Assembly: GCA_963976555.1 (NCBI GenBank) | Contig: CAXBLN010000001.1 | Span: 1-50,132, forward strand | Length of the DNA stretch: 50,132 nucleotides | From: an uncultured Gammaproteobacteria bacterium | GTDB taxonomy: Bacteria > Pseudomonadota > Gammaproteobacteria > Pseudomonadales > Pseudohongiellaceae | Direction: 5' to 3' | In this document: positions 26,027-32,845 of the stretch, one piece after another | Layout: every line of letters starts with the position of its first letter | Numbering within the stretch: position 1 is the stretch's first letter | The notes under the pieces: model-generated | Told to the model about the DNA's origin: nothing | What the model saw: only the letters and a program-made list of their open reading frames with translations | The model's database searches: none | Made by a program: the position numbers and the translations under genes

Positions 26027-27466
26027 TTAGTTACCGGCTACGTCGTTTGCTTCTTCGCTATCAGACTCAGCGATTGGTGCGACCAGCGGTGCCAAACAAA
26101 GCGGGCATCCAATGACGTGGTCATTTGGACCTAAGTCCAGTGCCTGACGTCGATCTTCCATTGCCTCGAAAAACTGATCATCGGTTAGAGTCACCCGAAT
26201 GCCCAGATCGATGAACATATTCGTTACTGAGCGGTTACCAGAACCCTGCCAGTTGCGTGGATCAGGAACATTAGGGTTTGTCTCCGTGTTGTTCATGTAG
26301 CCAACGATGTGCAGGATAGTACCCTTTGGCAACAAGGGAGCTGCATTCTCTGCGTAAGGATAGCCGCGCACCCAGTTGTGATCGTAGCCAACGCAGGATA
26401 GGGTTTCCACTGTGTAGCCCCAGATTGCTTCAAGACACATACGCTCGCCTGGTGCGTGCAGATGGGGCTCAAATGTCACGACTTTGGTGTGCTGATTTAG
26501 CACGGTATAAGCGTGAAGTTCCTGGTCCTTCTCGTTTCCAGTAATACTAATATCTACGCCGTTACCGAGGCCGATGAAGGCATTCTGATACTTAGGCTTG
26601 TAGTCCTTGTCGTGGAAACGGAAACCCACTTCGAGGTGGCCAGTCGTATCGCGACCATTGGAGTGCAGATGCACCGAGTCGGATACTATCGAAGAGCCTG
26701 CCTTTAACAAGCGACCAGCATCTTCGTCGAAGATGTCTGCATTTCTGCCTACTTCGTGAACAGGCCACGGAATAGAGATGCCAGGACCGCGCTCACCATT
26801 TTCGTCAAGGATAGCTGTGCCCCAGATCATATGATGGAAGATATACGCGCCACCTACCGTGTCACGACCTGTGCCTGCTTGATTGTCGACATCGTTAACT
26901 TCGACTACTTCGACTGACTTCACATAGCGATCTTCTTCCAGACCCGTAGGTATGTAATCAATCTCACCCCACCAGTCAGGCGTGCCTGCCAGCTTCGTAA
27001 CATCATTCATTACAACGACCAAATCCGGCTCGCCAGCCTTCCACTTCAGGCTGTCGTCGAATACCAATGGAGTAGGGGCGTCGGCCATGTCGCCTTTAGG
27101 TGTGCCGCTGCGTGCCCAAGTGGAGATGAGAGCTAATTCCTCGTCGCTCAGAGAAGGGTCATCTTTATACTCTTGGATACCAATGTTTTTCTCCATGTAC
27201 CAGGGAGGCATAGCGCCTGCGCGGTCACGTAGAGCCGTCTTGTACTCGATCAAACCTGCGAATGGAGCAACTTGGTCATAGGTCACCAGGGGCATGGGAC
27301 CAGCGCCACCTGCTCGATGGCAATTCTGACAGCTGCGCTGCAAAATTGGTTCAATGTCCTTGTGGAATGTGACTTCGCTGGATTGTGCCAGCGTAATTCC
27401 AGGCATGGACATTGCTGCTGCTATGGCCATACCGCCTAACAGTGATTTAGCGGAAATAATTCGCAT
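26027..27466 (-). CDS. Exported c-type-haem (CxxCH) protein with PHM/DBH-like copper-monooxygenase histidine motifs
   Basis: Signal peptide present, and CQNCH lies within FHKDIEPILQRSCQNCHRAGGAGPMPL. Then come FHHM, HLH, PHLHAPGERM and GYM, in the order and approximate spacing of the CuH/CuM ligands of copper type II ascorbate-dependent monooxygenases. Strong SD (GAGGAG). Confidence 0.55.
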   Translation of the reverse strand: MRIISAKSLLGGMAIAAAMSMPGITLAQSSEVTFHKDIEPILQRSCQNCHRAGGAGPMPLVTYDQVAPFAGLIEYKTALRDRAGAMPPWYMEKNIGIQEYKDDPSLSDEELALISTWARSGTPKGDMADAPTPLVFDDSLKWKAGEPDLVVVMNDVTKLAGTPDWWGEIDYIPTGLEEDRYVKSVEVVEVNDVDNQAGTGRDTVGGAYIFHHMIWGTAILDENGERGPGISIPWPVHEVGRNADIFDEDAGRLLKAGSSIVSDSVHLHSNGRDTTGHLEVGFRFHDKDYKPKYQNAFIGLGNGVDISITGNEKDQELHAYTVLNQHTKVVTFEPHLHAPGERMCLEAIWGYTVETLSCVGYDHNWVRGYPYAENAAPLLPKGTILHIVGYMNNTETNPNVPDPRNWQGSGNRSVTNMFIDLGIRVTLTDDQFFEAMEDRRQALDLGPNDHVIGCPLCLAPLVAPIAESDSEEANDVAGN

Positions 27467-27555
27467 ATGTTGCTACTCCTCATAGCTTGTTTAATCGTAA
27501 TTCTTTGGGGCTGAATAAGAATACATGTTGATCCGTAATAACCCGGAACAATAGC

Positions 27556-27572
27556 ACTATTCGACGAATAGT
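27556..27572. promoter_or_regulatory. Perfect palindrome ACTATTCG-A-CGAATAGT upstream of the haem/copper-protein gene
   Basis: 17-nt palindrome read from the sequence, 90-106 nt upstream of start codon 27466. Confidence 0.35.
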
Positions 27573-27665
27573 TGAATGTCTGGAGGTGCGATATGCGTCC
27601 ATTAATCAGTAACTGTAATCTTCGAATGCGCTGTTTATCGCTCAATCTGTCGAAAAGCTTCGAAA

Positions 27666-28478
27666 TTAGTCCGCTTTCCCTGCTGTGCCGGCCTTGCTGG
27701 GGCTCAGGCCCTGCTGCCCTTTGAGTAGAGCCCAGAGGTTGCTGCTGGCGAGCAAACTTGCGAATAAGACTAATAAAGCGAAGCTAAACCATTGAAGTGC
27801 ATAGGATAAATTCTGGTTCACATCCGCATTTACGGCGGGCCAGTGGCGTACGAGCACGCCAGGCTGATCTTCTGTGAGGCGCACCTCGAAGGGAAACAAC
27901 GGCTCACCGAGGATTTCGGTTAATACATCGAATTCTACAGTTCGTATCCGCAGCGGCCACACCGAAGGGTCGATCTGGCTCTCGAAAACTCGGGCGTTTG
28001 CAGCAGGCACGAATATCTGTGCAGTTATTTCAACAGGCCCCGAAACCGGTCGTAGCACTGGTGGTGTATCGGGTGGCAGGATGCCAGTAGTCCAGCCTCT
28101 GTTCACCAGTACCAACTGATTATTGCTCTCGAGCCGGAAGGGCGTTACGACGCCATAGCCGATCATCCCTTGAAAGAATTCAGCCACTAACAGGATGGTT
28201 CGTTCATTGACGAATTCTCCGCGCAGCGCGACGTGTAGATTCGCTATGTCCGGATTTGCGCTGTGTAAATGTCCACTGGGTATATCTTCTATCGATTGAG
28301 CATTCAAACTGGATTCAAGCAGCAAGGCTTCTTGCGCATCAACCTTTTCGGCGGCTCGCTCGAGTTGCCAGAGCCCCAGCCTGGCGAAGGCGGCCACGGT
28401 CATAAAAACACAGACGGCGAATAGCCAGTTAATGCGAATATGGAAAATCCCGATTGAGTGTTTGGAGCGAAGTTGCAT
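27666..28478 (-). CDS. SURF1-family protein (cytochrome oxidase biogenesis factor-like)
   Basis: N- and C-terminal TM helices are present. Family motifs: RLGLWQLERAAEK, LVLVNRGWT, NLSYALQWFSFALLV. Confidence 0.8.
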   Translation of the reverse strand: MQLRSKHSIGIFHIRINWLFAVCVFMTVAAFARLGLWQLERAAEKVDAQEALLLESSLNAQSIEDIPSGHLHSANPDIANLHVALRGEFVNERTILLVAEFFQGMIGYGVVTPFRLESNNQLVLVNRGWTTGILPPDTPPVLRPVSGPVEITAQIFVPAANARVFESQIDPSVWPLRIRTVEFDVLTEILGEPLFPFEVRLTEDQPGVLVRHWPAVNADVNQNLSYALQWFSFALLVLFASLLASSNLWALLKGQQGLSPSKAGTAGKAD

Positions 28479-28628
28479 TTCAAGCCATTTTGAAGTGAAT
28501 GTTTAGCTAGTGAGAGAGCGTTGCTGCTGGTTTAACTATTGCCGAGCAATCGTCGATCTATTGAGCGCAGGAAGCCTAATTCAGATCGAGTGCAAATTCA
28601 ATCAAGACATGTTTTTTCGGCGTCAGAC

Positions 28629-29135
28629 TTAGCACCACAGACACCAATGATAGGGAGGTCTGTAGTAGGTAATAAGCCGGCCACATATAATGACTGCGCA
28701 CCAACATCCGAGAGAAATAATCGCCATGATCTTTGCACGACTGACTATAGGTGCGGCGGCGTCTGCAGAGTTGACATATCTGGCGGTGGTTGCGTAGAAG
28801 AACATCATGTTGATGCCCGCTATTAGCATAAAGAAGAGTTTTGACTGCACGGCTGGATTATAGAGATATTGATCGGGGGCGCTGCTGAGAAACATGGTGC
28901 CAGTCACAACATTTAGCAAATAGCCACAAATGCCGAAGGGTACTAGCTTGTGTAGCTCCCTCAGTGATACTTCTTTGCTAAATCCCATCATCCTCAGGTC
29001 AAACAGGCCGACTGTACCAATCAGTAGGCACAGTCCGAAGAAGTGAAGAGATTCGATTATGGGCCAACCCCATGGTGTATTCATGAAGGAGTAGATGCCT
29101 GTTGCTTGCGAAAAACTGAGTAAGAATTCAATCAT
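28629..29135 (-). CDS. Small 4-TM membrane protein of unknown function (paralog of 29142..29585), C-terminal HWCLWC
   Basis: 168 aa. It shares a colinear pattern with the upstream gene: ESLH ... LRMMGF ... NPAVQSKL ... GRLITY versus SLTLH ... LRLVGF ... NPVFYLKI ... GRFLAY. Confidence 0.6.
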   Translation of the reverse strand: MIEFLLSFSQATGIYSFMNTPWGWPIIESLHFFGLCLLIGTVGLFDLRMMGFSKEVSLRELHKLVPFGICGYLLNVVTGTMFLSSAPDQYLYNPAVQSKLFFMLIAGINMMFFYATTARYVNSADAAAPIVSRAKIMAIISLGCWCAVIICGRLITYYRPPYHWCLWC

Positions 29136-29141
29136 GGTGGC

Positions 29142-29585
29142 TCAATAGAAACGAGAGGCAAGCAGTGTAGAGTGGGTATAAGCGAGAAATCGGCCAGCGC
29201 TAAGCGCGACTATCCAGAGGAGCAAAGACAGATATGCGAGTCGAACAGATTGGGCGTCAATTGCCTGCTCGGACGGTTTGGAGAAAGTTCTTTGGAAGCG
29301 CCTGCTTATCAGCAGGCCTATGGTTAGTGCACAGATCTTCAGATAGAACACCGGATTGCTAAGTGCCTTCGCTGGATAAGCTAACAGCAGGGCAGTGCCG
29401 GAGACGAATATCAGCGCGGCGCAATACCAATGCAGGGTGTAGAAACGAGTCAATGCGTGGATATCGAGTCGAGGAGCAAAGCCGACTAGTCTGAGCGCGA
29501 TCGCTATGTTGATTCCCACGACAAAGCCCATCGACAGTGAATGCAGAGTCAGCGAACTAAAGAACGCAGGCCCGGACTCACGCAT
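29142..29585 (-). CDS. Small 4-TM membrane protein of unknown function (paralog of 28629..29135)
   Basis: 147 aa and hydrophobic. Its stop lies 6 nt before the next gene's start. Confidence 0.6.
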   Translation of the reverse strand: MRESGPAFFSSLTLHSLSMGFVVGINIAIALRLVGFAPRLDIHALTRFYTLHWYCAALIFVSGTALLLAYPAKALSNPVFYLKICALTIGLLISRRFQRTFSKPSEQAIDAQSVRLAYLSLLLWIVALSAGRFLAYTHSTLLASRFY

Positions 29586-29947
29586 CCAAATGCTGAGGGC
29601 GGTTTCTTCCAGTCTTGCTAGTGTTTGCAGTTTTCGTTACTCGCAATCAACTGTGGATATTTAAGCGGCGAGCCTGGCTTTCGTAGAGAAGTGGGTCGAT
29701 AGAATTTTTCTATCAGCCAGGCAGACTCTCATGGCCGGTCTAGAGTCCGCTTTGTGCATTGTCTGCAATGCCACGATAGCCGCCGTTGGCTGAAATACTT
29801 GATTTGCGCCAGGCAGGGCTTGTAGCCTGATATTTAGCTGGGCGCGGCGCCGCTGTCAACAGCTAACTTCTCTGCGGGAGTCATTTTGAATTTGGCTGCC
29901 GCCTTGAAAGTGATATGGTACTTAAAACAAGAATAATGGAGGTTGAT

Positions 29948-30781
29948 ATGGTTATGCATCAGAAAGGAACGGGGCGATTAACCTCGGTTTCCGCGTTATT
30001 GGCGGTATCGCTATTTATATTATTTAGTGGCGGCGTTGCAGGGGCCGAGTCTGATTTCGTGCCGAGAACAGCTGACGGTCGCCCTGACTTCAATGGTGTC
30101 TGGCAGGCAATTGGCAGTGCGCACTGGGATGTTGAGCCCCATGCGGCAGACTTCGGCCCCCTCGTTGAGCTAGGCGCGATAGGCGCGATTCCCGCAGGAC
30201 TGGGCATAGTACAGGGCGGGGAGATTCCCTATACGCCTCAGGCTCGAGCGATTCAGCAGCAGAATAAGGCGGATTGGCTGGCATTGGATCCCGTTGTTAA
30301 GTGCTATATGCCGGGTGTTCCGCGAGCCAATTATCTACCTTTTCCCTTCCAGATCATTCAGTCTCCTGAGCATGTAGTGATGGCCTACGAATTTGCGAGC
30401 GCAAGCCGCATCGTCTACATGGACCGACCTGACTTCGAGGCGCCAATATTTAGCTGGATGGGGCATTCTCGCGGTCGTTTCGAAGGCGATAGTCTGGTTA
30501 TAGATGTCACGGATCAGGTGCCAGACACGTGGCTAGATCATGCAGGTAATCACCACAGTGATGCGTTGAGGGTAACCGAGCGCTATACCCATCTGGGGCC
30601 GAACGCGCTGATGTACGAAGCGACGCTCGAAGATCCTAATGTTTATACAGCACCCTGGACACTGAAATTTCCGCTTTACCGGCGGCTGGATGAGAACATG
30701 CAGTTGTTGGAATTCAAATGCGTGGAATTTACCGAGGAACTCATCTACGGCCACCTAGTCAAGGAACCTCAGGAGCAGTAA
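29948..30781 (+). CDS. Secreted protein of unknown function
   Basis: Signal peptide LTSVSALLAVSLFILFSGGVAGA. GGAGG lies 5 nt before ATG 29948, whereas the track ORF starts at 29915. I recognise no motif. Confidence 0.65.
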   Translation: MVMHQKGTGRLTSVSALLAVSLFILFSGGVAGAESDFVPRTADGRPDFNGVWQAIGSAHWDVEPHAADFGPLVELGAIGAIPAGLGIVQGGEIPYTPQARAIQQQNKADWLALDPVVKCYMPGVPRANYLPFPFQIIQSPEHVVMAYEFASASRIVYMDRPDFEAPIFSWMGHSRGRFEGDSLVIDVTDQVPDTWLDHAGNHHSDALRVTERYTHLGPNALMYEATLEDPNVYTAPWTLKFPLYRRLDENMQLLEFKCVEFTEELIYGHLVKEPQEQ

Positions 30782-30812
30782 GCCTAAGTTGCAGTTTTTT
30801 CTTCGCATTGAG

Positions 30813-30834
30813 ACCCGCCTCGCAGCGGGTTTTT
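30813..30834 (+). terminator. Rho-independent terminator
   Basis: Stem acccgc / gcgggt, 6-nt loop, then TTTT, about 30 nt after the stop. Confidence 0.65.
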
Positions 30835-30891
30835 GACTTCAATTAAAATCCTGTAGGGATCTGGAAATTAGAGTCGTAAGATGGAATTAAC

Positions 30892-32121
30892 ATGAACGAG
30901 TTCTTCGATCTAAGTACTGTGACTTGGAGCCTGATTGGCTTCATGGTCCTGCTTATTGCTTATTTTCATGGCCCCAGCTATTCGGCGCAGACGGTTCGCA
31001 ATGCGCCGGCCATACTTACAAGTTTCGGCATATTCGGCACATTCCTTGGCATCGCTTTCGGTTTGATGCGGTTCGACAGCGCAGATATCGAGGCGAGTGT
31101 TCCACTTATGATCGATGGTCTCGGCGTTGCCGTTTGGTCTTCGATTGTTGGGATACTTGGCGCTTTAAGTATCAGGCTGCGAAATACTCTGATCTCGATA
31201 AGGCGCAGTATCGACGGCGAAGAGAAGCCAGCAACTGTCGCCGATCTTAATCGTTCTATCGAAGCACTCAACGTTAACCTTGAGCAACTGAGGGGGGAGA
31301 GCAAGGCCGACAGTCTTGCCCTTCTGAATTCGAATCGCGATTATCAACAAAAAATGGTTGCTGCAAATACCGACGCACTGACCAGTGCGCTCGCTACAGT
31401 GATGACTGAGTTCAATAGCCGTATCGAGGTTCAATACGGGGAAAACTTTCAGAAGTTTAACGAATCTCTCGGTCACCTTTTGAGCTGGCAGCAGAACTAT
31501 ACGAATCAGTTGGACGATATGTTGCGTGCCCAGAAGGCAAGTATCGAAGTAATAAGTCATGCCAGCCAATCCTATGAGCAGATGATCGTCCATTCGCAGA
31601 ACTTCAACAAAGTGGCCGAGTCCCTGGGTAATCTGCTTGGTGGTCTGGAGCAGCAGACTTCGAATCTGGAAGGTTATCTGTCGGGCTTGTCCGGACTGGT
31701 CGGTCAGGCATCGGAGGGATTGCCCGCGCTTGGCGACTATGTAAGTGAACTGACTCTAAAGCTGAGCGCTAGTATTGAGCAGAACAATGAAAGCCTCACG
31801 CAAGTGCTTGCGACGGCGGCGCGAGATATATCGGAGACGGTGGAGCAGGTTACGCAGAGTCTGGCCAACTCGGTGAATCAGGCGCATTCCGGCTTGGCCG
31901 AGCATGTCGAGGCTATGACCGATAAGACCGAGAAACAGATGCAATTGCTGGATCAGTCCATGGAAAAGGAACTTACGGCCGCCCTGCAGACATTTGGCTA
32001 TCAGCTGACAGCGCTGTCGGAGAAGTTCGTTAACGACTATGTGCCTCTTACTGACAGGCTGCGTGAATTGCTGCTTATGGCCGAGCAGCAGTCGGGCAAG
32101 CGTGCACAAACCTCCAAGTAG
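30892..32121 (+). CDS. MotA/ExbB/TolQ-type proton-channel protein with a long C-terminal coiled-coil tail (ZorA-like architecture)
   Basis: Three N-terminal TM helices: WSLIGFMVLLIAYF, ILTSFGIFGTFLGIAFGL, GLGVAVWSSIVGILGALSI. They are followed by about 300 aa of Q/E/L/S/N-rich helical sequence. Confidence 0.65.
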   Translation: MNEFFDLSTVTWSLIGFMVLLIAYFHGPSYSAQTVRNAPAILTSFGIFGTFLGIAFGLMRFDSADIEASVPLMIDGLGVAVWSSIVGILGALSIRLRNTLISIRRSIDGEEKPATVADLNRSIEALNVNLEQLRGESKADSLALLNSNRDYQQKMVAANTDALTSALATVMTEFNSRIEVQYGENFQKFNESLGHLLSWQQNYTNQLDDMLRAQKASIEVISHASQSYEQMIVHSQNFNKVAESLGNLLGGLEQQTSNLEGYLSGLSGLVGQASEGLPALGDYVSELTLKLSASIEQNNESLTQVLATAARDISETVEQVTQSLANSVNQAHSGLAEHVEAMTDKTEKQMQLLDQSMEKELTAALQTFGYQLTALSEKFVNDYVPLTDRLRELLLMAEQQSGKRAQTSK

Positions 32122-32127
32122 AAAAAT

Positions 32128-32841
32128 ATGCTGGAAGCAAAACTCGAACAAGAAATAGAGCAAGAATCGGAAGAGCATTGGATAGCGGTTAGCGATTTGA
32201 TGAGTGGCCTGATGATGCTCTTCCTGCTGATTGCTGTGATGTATCTGGTTATAGTCGAGCGCAAGAACGATGAGATCGAACGGGTTGTCGTTCTCTATGA
32301 AGATCTTCGAGAAGAGCTGTACACCGATCTGCTCGCCGAGTTCGTCGACGACCTGCCGCTTTGGGGAGCGGAGCTCGGGGAAGACCTAAAGTTTCGCTTT
32401 ACGAATACCAACTTACTTTTTGAAGAAGGGCAGTCTGACCTGAAGCTGGAATTCTCAAACATCCTTAGCGACTTTTTCCCACGCTATGTGGCAATACTCA
32501 CGTCTAAAGAATATCGCGACGATATACTCGAGCTTCGCATCGAAGGGCATACCTCCAGTTCTTGGTCATTCGCCGCCGACAGCGACGATGCCTATATGAG
32601 AAACATGGCGCTCTCGCAAGAACGTACGCGCACGACACTGGGCTTTCTCTTCGATCTGGAAGATGTGGCGCACGAGAAGACCTGGCTTAGAGAGCGTATG
32701 ACAGCGAATGGGCTGTCTTCCTCTCAGCTCATTCTGCGAGACGATGGGCTCGAGGATGAAGAACGCTCGCGTCGAGTTGAGTTCGTGGTTGTGACCGATG
32801 CCGAGACGCGTCTGTCGACTATTCTGGAAGAGATTCGCTAA
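32128..32841 (+). CDS. MotB/OmpA-type stator partner (ZorB-like architecture)
   Basis: Acidic N-terminus. A single TM helix carries an embedded Asp (WIAVSDLMSGLMMLFLLIAVMYL). The C-terminus is an OmpA-like peptidoglycan-binding domain (LRIEGHTSS ... NMALSQERTRTTL ... RRVEFVVV). There is a 6-nt gap after the upstream gene. Confidence 0.7.
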   Translation: MLEAKLEQEIEQESEEHWIAVSDLMSGLMMLFLLIAVMYLVIVERKNDEIERVVVLYEDLREELYTDLLAEFVDDLPLWGAELGEDLKFRFTNTNLLFEEGQSDLKLEFSNILSDFFPRYVAILTSKEYRDDILELRIEGHTSSSWSFAADSDDAYMRNMALSQERTRTTLGFLFDLEDVAHEKTWLRERMTANGLSSSQLILRDDGLEDEERSRRVEFVVVTDAETRLSTILEEIR

Positions 32842-32845
32842 GCCT

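Noticed and set aside
29731-29793. 20-codon ORF (MAGLESALCIVCNATIAAVG) with a CxxC in the long intergenic region.
   Set aside because: It has no SD, is very short, and nothing indicates coding pressure. It is more likely chance.
30978-32264. Minus-strand ORFs (108, 142, 140, 75 aa) and a +3-frame ORF (30924..31250) inside the ZorA-like gene.
   Set aside because: The coiled-coil-coding sequence is poor in stop codons in several frames. None of these has a start context or motifs, and the plus-strand frame gives coherent TM helices plus helical tail.
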